Positions 41,253 through 53,048 are shown, counted from the first letter of the stretch. The stretch is 64,000 bases of DNA from Methyloceanibacter sp. (GCF_050999895.1 NZ_JBPCOU010000052.1:20021-84020); one strand, 5' to 3'. A program made the numbers and translations. Notes: generated from the letters alone by a model not told the origin.

Positions 41253-42520
41253 GCGGCGCCGAGCCGGCGGCGCAGCCAAAGCCGCCAAACAAGACCTGGG
41301 CGAAGTGGCGCCGCAAGGTCCACGATGTCCTGGAATTTGGCGGCGACGCGCGTCCCGCTGGCTATCTCGTCAATGCCTTCATCATCACCTTGATCGTTCT
41401 CAACGCGGCCGCTTTCGCCGCGGAGACCGTGGACGACATTGCCATTCGCTACGGACGCGCGCTCGATGCCTTCAACGCCGCGTCCGTGTTAGTCTTCACG
41501 GTTGAATACGTTCTTCGCATCTGGAGCTCTATCGAGATTCCGATGCTGAGCAGGCTGCCGAAATGGCGCGCGCGGCTACGCTTTGCGGCGCGGCCGATGA
41601 TGATCATCGACCTTTTGGCGGTTCTGCCTTGGTATCTCTACCTGATCTTTCCCGTGGATCTCCGGCTGCTGCGCGTTTTCCGCATCTTCCGCCTCCTCAA
41701 GCTCGTGCGCTACTCGCCGGCTTTGCAGACATTGGGCCGGGTGATTGCGGACGAGTATCGCGCCTTGCTCGGCGCGCTCCTGGTGATGGTGGTGTTGCTC
41801 CTATTCTCGTCGTCGGTGATCTACTTCCTTGAGCGTGACGCGCAGCCGAATGTCTTTGGCAGTATTCCGGCGGCAGCCTGGTGGTCCCTCGCGACGCTGA
41901 CGACGGTCGGCTATGGCGACGTCGTGCCGCTTACGCCGATGGGAAGAGTCTTCGGCGGCGTGGTCATGCTTCTCGGCGTCTGCATGTTCGCGTTGCCCAT
42001 CGCCATCATCGCTACGGGCTTCAGCCTGGAATCTGCGCGGCATCAGTTCGTGGCCACCTGGAGCATGGTGGCGCGCGTCCCCCTCTTCAGCTCCATGAAT
42101 GAGGGTGAGGTCGCGGAAATCACGAAGGTGCTTTACACCCGCACCTATCTGCCGGGCAGTCCCATCGTGCGCGCTGGCGATGCCGGCGATGCCATGTATA
42201 TCATTGCCAATGGCGAGGCTGAGCTGCTGAAGGTCCCCGGCGGGCCGGTCATGTTGCGCGAAGGCGATTTCTTCGGCGAAATGGCTCTGCTGGAACGCCG
42301 CCGCCATCGCCATGATGTGTTCGCAAAGACGCAATGTCGGGTGTTCGTGCTCGACAGTCAGGCCCTGGCGCGATTGAGTCGTCGGCATCCGGAGGTCATG
42401 CGGGCAATCTGCACCGTTGCGCGCAACCGCAGCCGCATGGACGCCCAAGCCAAAAATGTATCAACTCCGCGCAAGCGTCGAGCCGTTCCGCTCGCCAGGC
42501 GCAAACCCGGCGCGGGTTGA
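41249..42520 (+). CDS. cyclic-nucleotide-gated K+ channel (MloK1-like)
   Basis: S1-S6 layout with Arg-rich S4 ([17 protein letters not shown]), selectivity filter [11 protein letters not shown]-terminal cNMP-binding domain (FFGEMALL); GTG start overlaps alaS stop (GTGA). Confidence 0.85.
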
Positions 42521-42536
42521 CAACGAGTCGGCGTCT

Positions 42537-43763
42537 TTAGGCGGCGGCGCGGTCGGCCATGGCCTTGCGCAGATTCTCGTCGATCTTGTCGAGAAAGCCC
42601 GTCGTCGACAGCCATCTCTGCTCGGCGCCGACCAGAAGCGCAAGATCCTTTGTCATGAAGCCGGATTCGATCGTATCGACCACGACCCGCTCCATCGTTT
42701 CCGCGAAGCTCGCAAGCTCGTCATTGCCGTCGAGCTGGGCGCGGTGCTTGAGGCCGCCGGTCCAGGCGAAGATGGAAGCGGTGGCGTTGGTCGAAGTCTC
42801 CCGCCCCTTCTGATGCTGCCGGTAATGGCGGGTGACGGTGCCATGCGCAGCCTCCGCCAGAACGGTCTTGCCGTCCGGCGTCATCAGCACGCTCGTCATC
42901 AGGCCAAGCGAGCCGAACCCTTGCGCCACGGTATCCGACTGCACGTCGCCGTCGTAATTCTTGCAAGCCCAGACATAGCCGCCCGACCATTTCAACGCCG
43001 CGGCGACCATGTCGTCGATCAGCCGGTGCTCGTAGGTCAGCCCGCGCCGATCGAACTCGCTCTTGAATTCGGCTTCGAACACTTCGGCGAAAATGTCCTT
43101 GAAGCGGCCGTCATAGGACTTGAGGATGGTGTTTTTGGTCGAAAGATAGACCGGCATGTCGCGCCGAAGGCCATAATTGAAGCTTGCGCGCGCAAACTCT
43201 CGGATGGAGTCATCGAGATTGAACATGGCGAGCGCAACGCCGCCGCCGGGAAAATCGCACACGTCGTGCTCGATCTTGCTGCCGTCCTCGCCGGTGAAGG
43301 TAATCGTGAGCTTGCCCTTGCCGGGAACACGAAAGTCGGTGGCGCGGTAAATATCGCCGAAGGCGTGACGGCCGATAGTGATGGGCTTGGTCCAGCCGGG
43401 AACCAGCCGCGGCACGTTCTTGCAGATGATGGGCTCGCGAAAGATGCAGCCCCCCAAGATGTTGCGGATCGTCCCGTTGGGAGACTTCCACATCTTCTTG
43501 AGGCCGAATTCGGCGACACGGGCCTCGTCGGGTGTGATGGTTGCGCATTTGACGCCGACACCGCATTCCTTGATGGCGTAGGCTGCATCGACCGTCACCT
43601 TGTCGTCGGTCGCATCGCGGTTCTCGATGCCGAGATCGAAGGTGCGGAGCGGCAGGTCGAGATAAGGAGTGACGAGTTTGTCCTTGATCAATGTCCAGAT
43701 GACCCGGGTCATCTCGTCGCCCTCGAGATCGACGATCGGGTTCTTGACCTTGATCTTGTTCAC
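42537..43763 (-). CDS. icd: NADP-dependent isocitrate dehydrogenase (eukaryotic-like homodimeric type)
   Basis: [23 protein letters not shown]..., 408 aa, NYDGDVQSD motif. Confidence 0.95.
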   Translation of the reverse strand: MNKIKVKNPIVDLEGDEMTRVIWTLIKDKLVTPYLDLPLRTFDLGIENRDATDDKVTVDAAYAIKECGVGVKCATITPDEARVAEFGLKKMWKSPNGTIRNILGGCIFREPIICKNVPRLVPGWTKPITIGRHAFGDIYRATDFRVPGKGKLTITFTGEDGSKIEHDVCDFPGGGVALAMFNLDDSIREFARASFNYGLRRDMPVYLSTKNTILKSYDGRFKDIFAEVFEAEFKSEFDRRGLTYEHRLIDDMVAAALKWSGGYVWACKNYDGDVQSDTVAQGFGSLGLMTSVLMTPDGKTVLAEAAHGTVTRHYRQHQKGRETSTNATASIFAWTGGLKHRAQLDGNDELASFAETMERVVVDTIESGFMTKDLALLVGAEQRWLSTTGFLDKIDENLRKAMADRAAA

Positions 43764-43862
43764 TTGGAAATCCTCGGCAAGGGAAGACGTGGATAGGAGC
43801 GCTTGCCTCTCGCCGGCGGCCTCGTTGCGGCGAGATTTGCCCTATAGCAGCGTGCTTCTGAA

Positions 43863-44711
43863 ATGAAAGCAAGAGTGGAGAGAAGCGTGCGGCGCAAGGC
43901 AGCGGGCGGAAGGTCTGCGCCGCCGGAAGAGGGCGGTAGCGGCGGCGGCACGCCTCCCACGGTCGTTCTCGTCAAGCCGCAGCTCGGCGAGAATATCGGC
44001 TTTGCCGCCCGTGCGATGGCCAATTTCGGCTTAAGCGATTTGCGGCTCGTTTCGCCGCGTGATGGGTGGCCGAACCAGAAGGCGGATGCGGCTGCCGCCG
44101 TGGCGGCCCCAATCGTGGAAGCGGCGAAAATCTATGCGAGCGTCGAGGACGCCACCGCCGAGCTCAACTACGTGCTTGCCGCGACCGCGCGCCCGCGCGA
44201 CATGGTGAAGGAGGTGCTGAGCCCCGAAAGCGCCGCACTCGAGCTGGTGCGGCGGTCGATGCGTGGAGAACGCACGGGCGTGTTGTTCGGGGCGGAGCAG
44301 AGCGGCCTGGATAACGATACGATCACTCTTGCCGATGCGATCGTCACCGCACCGGTTGACCCGCGCTTTGCCTCCCTCAGCCTGCCCCAGGCCGTCCTTC
44401 TGTTCGCCTATGAGTGGCTGAAGGGCCAGGATGAGCCGCTGTCGCTCGGACGCGCGACGTCTTGCGATGGACCTGCGGCGGAAGGTGTCGCGCTCACAGA
44501 TACGCGGCCTGCTACTCGCGCCGAACTTTTCGGCCTTTTCGGTCAGCTCGAGAGCGAGCTCGACCGCTCCGGCTTTCTGAAGCCGCCGGAGAAGCGGGCG
44601 CGCATCGTCCGGAGCATACGCAACATGTTTCACCGCATGGGGATCACCGAGCAGGATGCCCGCACGTGGCGTGGGATCGTGGCTTCGCTCGTGCGGCGGG
44701 ACCGGGACTGA
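43863..44711 (+). CDS. SpoU/TrmH-family RNA methyltransferase (TrmJ-like)
   Basis: VVLVKPQLGENIGFAARAMANFG and LFGAEQSGLDN SPOUT motifs. Confidence 0.75.
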   Translation: MKARVERSVRRKAAGGRSAPPEEGGSGGGTPPTVVLVKPQLGENIGFAARAMANFGLSDLRLVSPRDGWPNQKADAAAAVAAPIVEAAKIYASVEDATAELNYVLAATARPRDMVKEVLSPESAALELVRRSMRGERTGVLFGAEQSGLDNDTITLADAIVTAPVDPRFASLSLPQAVLLFAYEWLKGQDEPLSLGRATSCDGPAAEGVALTDTRPATRAELFGLFGQLESELDRSGFLKPPEKRARIVRSIRNMFHRMGITEQDARTWRGIVASLVRRDRD

Positions 44712-44803
44712 ACGGCCAAGTGTCATAGTTCCGCCCGGTTTCTCCTATTGCGATTGGCGGAGACGATGTTAGCTTCCCGGCGCGGGATGGAGAGGGACGG
44801 TTC

Positions 44804-45595
44804 ATGCGATTTGCGTTGATTTGGTCGGGAGGGGTGTCTGCCGTGCTGGCCTTGCTGCTGCTCGCGGGCTCGCCCCTTAAGGCCGCCGATAACGGCGATA
44901 TCCGACCCGTGGCGGAGACGCTGGGGGCGCGCGCGCAGACCGCCGCGCCGCAAAACGAGGGCCAGAAGGGCAAGCTCAGCGACAGCGCCGTGCGCGTGCT
45001 CATGACCTATGCCTTTTCGCTCGTTCCGGACCAGGCCAAGGGTCCCGACGGCAAGACCGTCAAGGTCGACAAATCCGTGCCGAACAAGTTTCTCATTCCC
45101 CTCGACGACGCGCGCGGTGTGATCCGGGCCTCCACCCGTTCGGCCTATGCCGAAGTGTGCGGTCTACCCGAACTCGGCCGCGCCAACTACCAGACCCTCG
45201 TCAAGGGTGAGGAAGCACGCATGGTCTGGACGCCCGAGCAGATCATGTTCATCAAGTCGCTGCACCACTTCTCGGTGGCGTATTTCACCGGCAACATCCA
45301 GATCAACGACGCGCCTGCGGAGCCGGGCGCCACTTCGGCCGCAAATCCCCCCGAGGCGGGCGCCCCCGCACCCGCGACCCCTGATGCCGCCACGGCCCCT
45401 CCCGCAGCGTCCGATGCCGAGCAAGCCAAGGCGGCCGCTGCCGCCGAGCCTCCCGCGGAGCCGGCATTTACGCCAAAAAAGCCTGAATGCTCCCCGGAGC
45501 AGAAGCAGAAGGTGACCCAGGCGATTAACGCCTATGTGCAGTCTGCGAGCGCGGCGCCTGCCGGGGACGCCAAAGCCGCCCCCGGTGCCAATTGA
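44804..45595 (+). CDS. hypothetical exported protein with Ala/Pro-rich C-terminal region
   Basis: Signal-like N-terminus VSAVLALLLLAGSPLKA; no family recognised. Confidence 0.55.
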   Translation: MRFALIWSGGVSAVLALLLLAGSPLKAADNGDIRPVAETLGARAQTAAPQNEGQKGKLSDSAVRVLMTYAFSLVPDQAKGPDGKTVKVDKSVPNKFLIPLDDARGVIRASTRSAYAEVCGLPELGRANYQTLVKGEEARMVWTPEQIMFIKSLHHFSVAYFTGNIQINDAPAEPGATSAANPPEAGAPAPATPDAATAPPAASDAEQAKAAAAAEPPAEPAFTPKKPECSPEQKQKVTQAINAYVQSASAAPAGDAKAAPGAN

Positions 45596-45768
45596 CAATT
45601 TCCGGGCATTCCGTGTAACAAAAGCCCAACGAAGCTTGATTAGCCAAGCTTTGACCGTCGCCGGAGCTATCCCGGTGCCGCCTGCTGCCATCAACGGCCA
45701 AACGCATCACGAGATACGCGGCGAATGTCCGTCCGCGGCAAGCCTCATTTGGCTTTGGAGACCAACGT

Positions 45769-46386
45769 ATGACGAAACGCATCAACGCCAAGCACAAGAT
45801 CGACCGCCGGCTTGGCGAGAACATTTGGGGCCGCCCGAAAAGCCCGTTCAACAAGCGCGAATATGGTCCTGGCGAGCATGGGCAGCGCCGCCGCGGCAAG
45901 CTCTCCGATTACGGCGCGCAGCTTCGTGCCAAGCAGAAGCTGAAGGGCTATTACGGCAACATTACCGAGAAGCAGTTTAAGTCGATCTACCGCGAGGCAT
46001 CGCGGCTGCGTGGCGACACTTCGGAGAAGTTGATCGGGCTTCTGGAGCGGCGCCTCGACGCGGTCGTCTATCGCGCAAAATTTGTGCCGACGGTCTTCGC
46101 GGCGCGGCAATTCGTTTCCCACGGCCACGTGCGCGTCAACGGCCGCCGCGTCAACATCCCGAGCTATCGCTGCCGCGAAGGCGATGTCATCGAGGTGCGG
46201 GACAAGGCGAAGGACATGGGCATGGTGCTCGAGGCGGCACAGAGTCCTGAGCGGGATGTTCCCGACTACGTCGACGTCGACCACAACAAGATGACGGCGC
46301 GATTCGTGCGCACGCCGACTCTGTCGGATGTGCCTTATCCTGGAATGATGGAGCCGAACCTCGTCATCGAGTTCTATTCGCGCTAG
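45769..46386 (+). CDS. rpsD: 30S ribosomal protein S4
   Basis: 205 aa; [17 protein letters not shown]4 RNA-binding domain [11 protein letters not shown]. Confidence 0.97.
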   Translation: MTKRINAKHKIDRRLGENIWGRPKSPFNKREYGPGEHGQRRRGKLSDYGAQLRAKQKLKGYYGNITEKQFKSIYREASRLRGDTSEKLIGLLERRLDAVVYRAKFVPTVFAARQFVSHGHVRVNGRRVNIPSYRCREGDVIEVRDKAKDMGMVLEAAQSPERDVPDYVDVDHNKMTARFVRTPTLSDVPYPGMMEPNLVIEFYSR

Positions 46387-46455
46387 GCGGATAGCCGCCG
46401 CGACGTTTTGCGATTTGGATGCCGCGCCCTTTGCGCGGCAACGTCATGTCTGGCG

Positions 46456-46806
46456 TCAGGCGGTAAGGGTTTGCGCGTTGTGGGCGACGCCTTTGGCCGT
46501 CAACAGCTCTTGCAGCTCGCCTGCCTGGAACATCTCCCGTGTGATGTCGCAACCACCGACGAACTCGCCCTTGATGTAGAGCTGCGGCACGGTGGGCCAA
46601 TTCGAGAAGGCCTTGACCCCGTCGCGCACGCTCATGTCGTCGAGCACGTTGATGTCTTTGTAGTCGACGCCGAGATGACCGAGAATCTGCGCCACCTGCA
46701 TGGAGAAGCCGCATTGCGGCATCTGCTTCGTGCCCTTCATGAAAAGCACCACGTCATTCTCCGCGACCTGCTTGCAGATCCAGTCCCGTACGTCCTTCTC
46801 GCTCAT
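46456..46806 (-). CDS. grxD: monothiol glutaredoxin (Grx4 family)
   Basis: CGFS active site (PQCGFS), WPTVPQLYIKGEFVGGCD. Confidence 0.92.
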   Translation of the reverse strand: MSEKDVRDWICKQVAENDVVLFMKGTKQMPQCGFSMQVAQILGHLGVDYKDINVLDDMSVRDGVKAFSNWPTVPQLYIKGEFVGGCDITREMFQAGELQELLTAKGVAHNAQTLTA

Positions 46807-47054
46807 GGGTCGATCCTTTCTGACTGGGGCGCCGAGGTCTTCAGGGCGAGTGCATGCAACGCGCCGCCCATCCGGCCCTTTAGCGCGTCATAGACCATTT
46901 GATGCTGCTGCACCCGTGTTTTGCCGCGAAATGCCTCGGCCACGACGGTCGCGGCGTAATGGTCGCCGTCGCCGGCAAGATCCTTGATCTCGACCTCGGC
47001 GTCGGGAAATCGCTGTTTGATGAGCTGCTCGATCTCGTGGGCGGCCATCGCCAT
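46803..47054 (-). CDS. BolA family protein
   Basis: 83 aa; DGDHY...FRGKTRVQQHQMVYDAL...ALHALALKT; 4-nt overlap with grxD. Confidence 0.85.
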   Translation of the reverse strand: MAMAAHEIEQLIKQRFPDAEVEIKDLAGDGDHYAATVVAEAFRGKTRVQQHQMVYDALKGRMGGALHALALKTSAPQSERIDP

Positions 47055-47082
47055 CGGGTTTACTCCTCGCCTCTAGCGGATC

Positions 47083-49308
47083 TTAGCGGCCCGCCATGAA
47101 GCGCGGCAACCAGGCCTCATGCGCCTCGCGCAAGTCTGCGAGCGAAAGTGGCGTTTCTCCGGGTAGTTTCAAGGCGTCCCCGTCGACGCGGCCGATCAGC
47201 CGGAGCGGGACCTTGGCGCTCGCCGCAGCCTTGTGGATCGTGTCAGCCTGATCGGGATCGGCCGAAATGAGATAGCGGGCCTGGTCCTCGCCAAACCAGA
47301 TCGCATGGGCATGGAGGCCTTCAGGCGCCGGTTCGAGCTCGACGCCGCGCCTGCCCGCCAGCGCCATCTCGGCAATGCCGACAAGCAGGCCGCCGTCGGA
47401 GAGGTCGTGAACCGCGCTCACCCTTCCGTCGCGGATGAGCATCCTGACGAGGTCGCCGGTCACGCGCTCTGCCTCGAGGTCGACGGGTGGCGGTGCACCC
47501 GCGGTCCTGTCCAGCATGATCTGCAGATAGAGCGACTGGCCGAGATGTCCGGCTTCGGTCCCGAGCAGGATGAGGACGTCGCCCTCTCGCTTCAGGGCGC
47601 ACGTGGCCGTCGTATCGATGTCGGGGATGAGGCCAATGCCGCCAATGGCGGGCGTCGGAGGAATGGCGACGCCGTTGGTCTCGTTGTAGAGCGAGACATT
47701 GCCGGAGACGACGGGGAAGGCAAGAGCGTTGCAGGCCTCCGCCATGCCTTCGATCGCGCCCACAAATTCGCCCATGATCTCCGGGCGCTCGGGGTTGCCA
47801 AAATTCATACAATCGGTGATGGCGAGCGGATCGGCGCCGACCGCCGTCAGATTGCGCCAGCATTCCGCAACCGCCTGCTTGCCGCCTTCGCGTGGATCGG
47901 CGGCGCAATAGCGCGGCGTCACATCGCATGAGATCGCAAGACCCTTGCGCGTTCCGTGCACGCGCACGACGCCGGCGTCGCCGCCTGGGCGCTGTAAGGT
48001 GTCGCCCATGACCATGTGATCGTATTGCTCCCAGATCCAGCGCCGTGACGAGAGGTCCGGCGATCCCATCATGCATTCCAGCGCGCCGAGCACGCTGTTC
48101 GGCGCCGGCACGTCCTCGGCCGCGACGGAGGCCTCTGCGGGCTTCTCGGTCCAGGGGCGCTCATATTGCGGCGCTGCATGCGCGAGCGCGGCCAGGGGAA
48201 TATCGGCTTCGGTGCGGCCACCGTGACGCACGACGAGATGCCCTGTGTCGGTGGTACGGCCAACAATCGCGAAATCTAGGTCCCACTTGGTGAAGATGCG
48301 CTCGGCGATAGGCTCGGCGCCAAGCTTCAGCACCATGAGCATGCGCTCTTGGCTCTCCGACAGCATCATTTCGTAGGCCGTCATGCCGACTTCGCGCATC
48401 GGCACATGATCGAGATCGAGCTCGATGCCGACGCCGCCTTTATCGGCCATCTCCACAGACGAAGAGGTGAGGCCAGCCGCGCCCATATCCTGGATCGCGA
48501 CGATGGCGTCCTCCTGCATGAGTTCGAGGCAGGCTTCGAGCAGCAGCTTCTCCGTGAAGGGATCGCCGACCTGCACCGTGGGGCGCTTCTCCTCCGAGCT
48601 TTCATCGAACTCGGCCGACGCCATGGTTGCGCCATGGATGCCGTCGCGGCCGGTCTTCGAGCCCACATAAACCACGGGCAGGCCAACGCCCCTCGCCGCA
48701 GACTTGAAAATACGGTTGGCATCGACGAGGCCGACGCACATCGCATTGACGAGAATGTTGTCGTTGTAGCGCGGATCGAAATTGGTCTCGCCGCCGATCG
48801 TCGGCACGCCCATGCAATTGCCGTAGTCGCCGATGCCGGAGACGACGCCGGCAACGAGGTGACGTGTCTTGGCGTGATCGGGCGCTCCGAAGCGCAGTGC
48901 ATTCATATTGGCGATAGGCCGGGCACCCATCGTGAACACGTCGCGCATGATGCCCCCGACCCCGGTCGCCGCGCCCTGATAGGGCTCGATGTAAGAAGGA
49001 TGGTTATGGCTCTCCATCTTGAAGACCGCGGCCAGGCCGTCGCCGAGATCGACCACGCCGGCATTCTCGCCGGGTCCCTCGATCACCTGCGGGCCCGTGG
49101 TTAGTAGCTTTTTCAGCCAAACCCGAGAGGATTTATAGGAGCAATGCTCCGACCACATCACCGAGAAGATGCCGAGCTCGGTCAAAAAGGGCTCGCGCCC
49201 CAACTCGGACAAGAGCACCTCATATTCGGCCGGGCTAAGGCCATGCTCGGCGATCAGCTCTTTCGAGACGCCCGCGGCCGGCAGCGAAGCCCGCGCAACG
49301 CGGCTCAA
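47083..49308 (-). CDS. purL: phosphoribosylformylglycinamidine synthase subunit PurL
   Basis: 741 aa; [25 protein letters not shown]; follows purS-purQ. Confidence 0.97.
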   Translation of the reverse strand: MSRVARASLPAAGVSKELIAEHGLSPAEYEVLLSELGREPFLTELGIFSVMWSEHCSYKSSRVWLKKLLTTGPQVIEGPGENAGVVDLGDGLAAVFKMESHNHPSYIEPYQGAATGVGGIMRDVFTMGARPIANMNALRFGAPDHAKTRHLVAGVVSGIGDYGNCMGVPTIGGETNFDPRYNDNILVNAMCVGLVDANRIFKSAARGVGLPVVYVGSKTGRDGIHGATMASAEFDESSEEKRPTVQVGDPFTEKLLLEACLELMQEDAIVAIQDMGAAGLTSSSVEMADKGGVGIELDLDHVPMREVGMTAYEMMLSESQERMLMVLKLGAEPIAERIFTKWDLDFAIVGRTTDTGHLVVRHGGRTEADIPLAALAHAAPQYERPWTEKPAEASVAAEDVPAPNSVLGALECMMGSPDLSSRRWIWEQYDHMVMGDTLQRPGGDAGVVRVHGTRKGLAISCDVTPRYCAADPREGGKQAVAECWRNLTAVGADPLAITDCMNFGNPERPEIMGEFVGAIEGMAEACNALAFPVVSGNVSLYNETNGVAIPPTPAIGGIGLIPDIDTTATCALKREGDVLILLGTEAGHLGQSLYLQIMLDRTAGAPPPVDLEAERVTGDLVRMLIRDGRVSAVHDLSDGGLLVGIAEMALAGRRGVELEPAPEGLHAHAIWFGEDQARYLISADPDQADTIHKAAASAKVPLRLIGRVDGDALKLPGETPLSLADLREAHEAWLPRFMAGR

Positions 49309-49994
49309 TGGAGCGTCTCCACAAGGGAGGAGAACATCTTGGCGCCGTCGGTGCCGCTAAGCGCCTTGTCGGCGAGGCGCTCCGGATGTGGCATCATCCC
49401 GAGCACGGTGGAGGTCTCGTTGTAGATGCCGGCGATATTGTTGGCCGAGCCGTTGGGATTGGCGTCCTCTGTGACCGCGCCTGTCGCCTCGCAATAGCGG
49501 AATGCGACCCGGCCTTCGTCTTCGAGCCGCGCAAGCGTGGCGTCGTCGGCGAAATAGCAGCCGTCCTTGTGGGCGATCGGAAATCTCACGATCTCTGCTT
49601 GCGCATATTGGCGCGTGAAAAGCGTGTCGTTGCGTTCCACCTTGAGATGCACGTCCTTGCAGATGAAGCGGAGCGAGGCGTTGCGCATTAGCACGCCGGG
49701 AAGAAGACCTGCCTCAGTTAAAACCTGGAAGCCGTTGCAGATGCCGAGCACGGGCGTGCCCGTCTTTGCCCGCCGCACGACCTCGCGCATGACAGGCGAG
49801 TGCGCCGCCATCGCGCCGGAGCGCAGATAATCGCCGTAGGAGAAACCGCCCGGCAGCACGATCAAATCGCTTTTCGGCAGCTCTGAATTGCCGTGCCAGA
49901 CCATCATCGGGCTTTCGCCCATGGCCGCGTGCAGTGCGACCGCCGCGTCGCGATCGCAATTGGAACCGGGAAAGACGATGACGCTCGCTCTCAT
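49305..49994 (-). CDS. purQ: phosphoribosylformylglycinamidine synthase subunit PurQ
   Basis: [25 protein letters not shown] glutaminase triad context. Confidence 0.95.
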   Translation of the reverse strand: MRASVIVFPGSNCDRDAAVALHAAMGESPMMVWHGNSELPKSDLIVLPGGFSYGDYLRSGAMAAHSPVMREVVRRAKTGTPVLGICNGFQVLTEAGLLPGVLMRNASLRFICKDVHLKVERNDTLFTRQYAQAEIVRFPIAHKDGCYFADDATLARLEDEGRVAFRYCEATGAVTEDANPNGSANNIAGIYNETSTVLGMMPHPERLADKALSGTDGAKMFSSLVETLH

Positions 49995-50009
49995 GCCTGG
50001 TGACGCCGG

Positions 50010-50255
50010 TTAAGCCGCCTCGAGTTCATAGTGATAATTCTCGATGATGGTGTTGGCGAGAAGCTGCTCGCACATGCGCTCGATCTCCGCCTTGGCCCGG
50101 ACGGGATCGCTCTCCGTCACCTCGACCTCGATATATTTGCCCTGACGCACATTTCCAACCGCGCCAAAACCAAGCGCATGCAGTGCGCCCTCTATGGCCT
50201 TGCCTTGCGGATCGAGGACGCCTGGCTTCAGAGTGATGGTGATGCGCGCCTTCAT
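50010..50255 (-). CDS. purS: phosphoribosylformylglycinamidine synthase subunit PurS
   Basis: 81 aa; MKARITITLKPGVLDPQGKAIEGAL. Confidence 0.9.
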   Translation of the reverse strand: MKARITITLKPGVLDPQGKAIEGALHALGFGAVGNVRQGKYIEVEVTESDPVRAKAEIERMCEQLLANTIIENYHYELEAA

Positions 50256-50273
50256 GGCCTCAGCAGCGATGTT

Positions 50274-51044
50274 CTACTTCGAGCGTACGAGCACGGGGCC
50301 GCTTCGCGTGCGCGTCGGATTGTCGACATGCAGGCCGAGGCGGCGCGCGACTTCTTGATAGGCTTCGACCAGACCGCCCATATCGCGGCGAAAGCGGTCC
50401 TTATCGAGCTTGTCTTGCGTCTCGACGTCCCATAACCGCGCGCAATCGGGCGAAATCTCATCGGCGAGGATGACGCGCATCTGCTCGTTCTCCCACAGCC
50501 GGCCGAACTCGCATTTGAAATCGACGAGGCGAATGCCGACGCCGAGCAACAGCCCGGAGAGAAAGTCGTTGATGCGCAGCGACAGCGACATGATGTCGTC
50601 GAGTTCCTGCGGGCTCGCCCAACCGAACGCGGTGATGTGCTCTTCGCTCACCATGGGATCTTCGAGCTGGTCGGATTTGTAATAGAACTCCACGATGGAG
50701 CGCGGCAGCGGCGTGCCTTCCTCGAGGCCAAGCCGTGTCGCAAGCGATCCTGCGGCGACGTTTCGCACCACCACTTCGATTGGGATAATCTCCACCTCGC
50801 GGATGAGCTGCTCGCGCATGTTTAGCCGCTTGATGAAATGCGTAGGAACGCCGATGTCGCCGAGCTTCTGGAAAAAATACTCGGAGATGCGGTTGTTAAG
50901 GACGCCTTTGCCCTCGATGCGGTCGTGCTTCTTGTTGTTGAACGCGGTGGCATCGTCCTTGAAATGCTGGACGAGGGTCCCGGGCTCGGGGCCTTCATAG
51001 AGAATCTTGGCCTTGCCTTCGTAGATGCGCCGCCGCCGGTTCAT
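50274..51044 (-). CDS. purC: phosphoribosylaminoimidazole-succinocarboxamide synthase
   Basis: [26 protein letters not shown]. Confidence 0.95.
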   Translation of the reverse strand: MNRRRRIYEGKAKILYEGPEPGTLVQHFKDDATAFNNKKHDRIEGKGVLNNRISEYFFQKLGDIGVPTHFIKRLNMREQLIREVEIIPIEVVVRNVAAGSLATRLGLEEGTPLPRSIVEFYYKSDQLEDPMVSEEHITAFGWASPQELDDIMSLSLRINDFLSGLLLGVGIRLVDFKCEFGRLWENEQMRVILADEISPDCARLWDVETQDKLDKDRFRRDMGGLVEAYQEVARRLGLHVDNPTRTRSGPVLVRSK

Positions 51045-51345
51045 GTTACGTTCCTCTCAAACGCTTGGCTTGAACATCTGACAAACGCCAAGAGCGCGGG
51101 GAGAGGCTTGCCCAGGCCGCGCGCAACTTGTTGTCGCCATCGTAGGAATCAACCAAGGGGTCTGAGGCGGACCTTAACGTAAGGGGAGAAGCGAGACAAC
51201 GGCCCCGGCCCGCGGCACGGTTGCTTTGCGGCATTTGTTGATTTCTAGTGCCCCGGGCGCTATCGCTTGCGCCGGGACAGGCGACTTTTTCCAAGAATTC
51301 CGTGGTATTGGCCCGATTCCGGGCCTCGCAGGAGGTGCCAGCCAG

Positions 51346-51675
51346 ATGACGAGCTTTGAGGATCGGAAGAGGGGTTTCGAGGGCAAATTTGCCCATGACG
51401 AGGAGCTGAAGTTCAAGGCCATGGCGCGCCGGAACAAGCTCTTGGGCCTCTGGGCTGCCGAGAAGATGGGACTAAGCGGCGATGCCGCTCAGGTCTACGC
51501 GAGAGAGGTGATTAAGGCCGATCTCGAGATGCCCGGCGAGGAGGACGTCTTCCGGAAGGTGAGGGGGGACTTCGATGCCAAGGGTATCGAACAGTCCGAC
51601 CACCAGATCCGGCGCGCGATGTCCGAGATGATGGCCGAGGCCATGAATCAAATCGAAGCCGAAGGTAAGGCTTGA
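51346..51675 (+). CDS. DUF1476 protein / F1Fo-ATPase inhibitor zeta subunit
   Basis: MTSFEDRKRGFEGKFAHDEELKFKAMARRNKLLGLWAA closely resembles the Paracoccus zeta subunit N-terminus; ATG 51346 within track ORF 51226..51675. Confidence 0.8.
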   Translation: MTSFEDRKRGFEGKFAHDEELKFKAMARRNKLLGLWAAEKMGLSGDAAQVYAREVIKADLEMPGEEDVFRKVRGDFDAKGIEQSDHQIRRAMSEMMAEAMNQIEAEGKA

Positions 51676-51682
51676 GCCCTGC

Positions 51683-52441
51683 ATGGGTGAGGACCGCTTC
51701 CGCCACGCTGCCAAGGAGGGCCGCACGCTTTTGACGGGGTGGCTCACCTGCAATTCCCCGTTCCTCGTCGAGCTGATCGGGGAGGCGGGCTTCGACTGCA
51801 TCACCATCGATCAGCAGCACGGCATGGGCGGCAATGAGGCGCTGCTGTCCTGCCTCACCGCCGCGCGCGCCAGCGGATTGCCGGCGATCGTGCGTGTGGC
51901 GGAAAACGACCCGGGCCTGATCGGCAGGGCGCTCGATGCGGGCGCCCAGGCCATCATGTGTCCGATGATAGAGCGGGTCGAAGACGCGGAAGCTTTCGTC
52001 AAAGCGGTGAAATATCCGCCGCGTGGCTTGCGCAGCTGGGGTCCTTACCGTGCGCGTCTCGATTACGATGGCGACTATTTCACCACCGCAAACGACTTCA
52101 CCGTCGCCTGCCCGCAAATCGAAACCAGGGGCGCGCTCGACCGCCTCGACGACATTCTCGCCATGGAGGGCGTAGACATGGTCTGCCTCGGTCCCAACGA
52201 TTTATCCGTGGCGCTGACCGGACGTCTCGACATTTGGGCGAGCGAGGTCAAGGACGCCATGACTCTGGTTCTGAAGAAGTGCCGCGAGCGGTCTGTAATG
52301 ACTCTCATTTTCGCCAACGACATCGAGTTCGCCAAGCCGCGCCTTGAGGAGGGCTGGACCATCGTCGCGATCGGCACTGACGCCGGCTGGTTCGCCAAGG
52401 CCGCTGCCGAGGTTAGGCGCGCGGCGACCATAAGCAGGTAG
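51683..52441 (+). CDS. HpcH/HpaI aldolase family protein
   Basis: GFDCITIDQQHG, IVRV, CPMIE, LGPNDLS motifs. Confidence 0.85.
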   Translation: MGEDRFRHAAKEGRTLLTGWLTCNSPFLVELIGEAGFDCITIDQQHGMGGNEALLSCLTAARASGLPAIVRVAENDPGLIGRALDAGAQAIMCPMIERVEDAEAFVKAVKYPPRGLRSWGPYRARLDYDGDYFTTANDFTVACPQIETRGALDRLDDILAMEGVDMVCLGPNDLSVALTGRLDIWASEVKDAMTLVLKKCRERSVMTLIFANDIEFAKPRLEEGWTIVAIGTDAGWFAKAAAEVRRAATISR

Positions 52442-52527
52442 GTGTCGGCACGTAGGTGTTGCTCTGGCGACATCGACGCTGTTGACCGGCTGTGCGAAGA
52501 TGCGCCTTGGACCTTGAAGGATTCGCG

Positions 52528-52989
52528 ATGCGATCATCAATAAGCCTCTGGCTCGCTTTGGCAATTCTCGCGCTCGGTGCAACGGCGGCAACGGCGCGTG
52601 ATGCCGTGACAAACACGGACCTTACGCTCCGGGCGGGCCCCGGGACGAGATACGAAGTGCTGCTCACCATGCCCGCCGGCGCGGTCGTCCGGGTCAAGGG
52701 ATGCAACCGCGGCTGGTGTGATATCGCCTGGAACAGCTACTCCGGCTACGCGAGCCAAAGCGGCCTGCGTCCGGGCCAAGCCGCCTATCGCCAGGCGCCC
52801 GCGGTCATCCCGGTCTTTCCGAATTACCCCTATCGCGCAGGCTATTATCCCAAGGCCGACTGGTATTTCGACCTGCCGCCTTACGCCGCGACGCTGCCGA
52901 ATTTCCACCGCCGCCGATATTTCATGATGGCGCAGGAGCGCAACCGGTACCGCTATATGCCGCACGTTTTCCGCAACGTGGCGGAATAA
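52528..52989 (+). CDS. exported bacterial SH3 domain protein, paralog 1 (Tyr/Pro/Arg-rich tail)
   Basis: Signal peptide MRSSISLWLALAILALGATAATA; SH3b core LTLRAGPGTRYEVLLTMPAGAVVRVKGCNRGWCDI. Confidence 0.75.
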   Translation: MRSSISLWLALAILALGATAATARDAVTNTDLTLRAGPGTRYEVLLTMPAGAVVRVKGCNRGWCDIAWNSYSGYASQSGLRPGQAAYRQAPAVIPVFPNYPYRAGYYPKADWYFDLPPYAATLPNFHRRRYFMMAQERNRYRYMPHVFRNVAE

Positions 52990-53010
52990 CGTTTTATTTA
53001 CTGGAATGCA

Positions 53011-53048
53011 GCGGAAATTGCGGGATATGCGGGGATATGCGGGGATAA
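53011..53048 (+). repeat. four imperfect 9-10 bp direct repeats GCGG(G)(G)A(A/T)AT
   Basis: gcggaaatt gcgggatat gcggggatat gcggggataa read directly, 125 nt upstream of paralog 2. Confidence 0.8.

Noticed and set aside
51045-51345. Possible ZTP (pfl) riboswitch upstream of purC
   Set aside because: On the minus strand there is only a CGGCCUGGGCA resemblance to the 3' CCGCCUGGGC element. I could not find the GACUGGCG / CCGGGGAGC pseudoknot sub-domain at a sensible distance.
53011-53048. CRISPR array
   Set aside because: The repeats are only 9-10 bp, contiguous with no spacers, and there are no cas genes. They are treated as a regulatory direct-repeat array instead.
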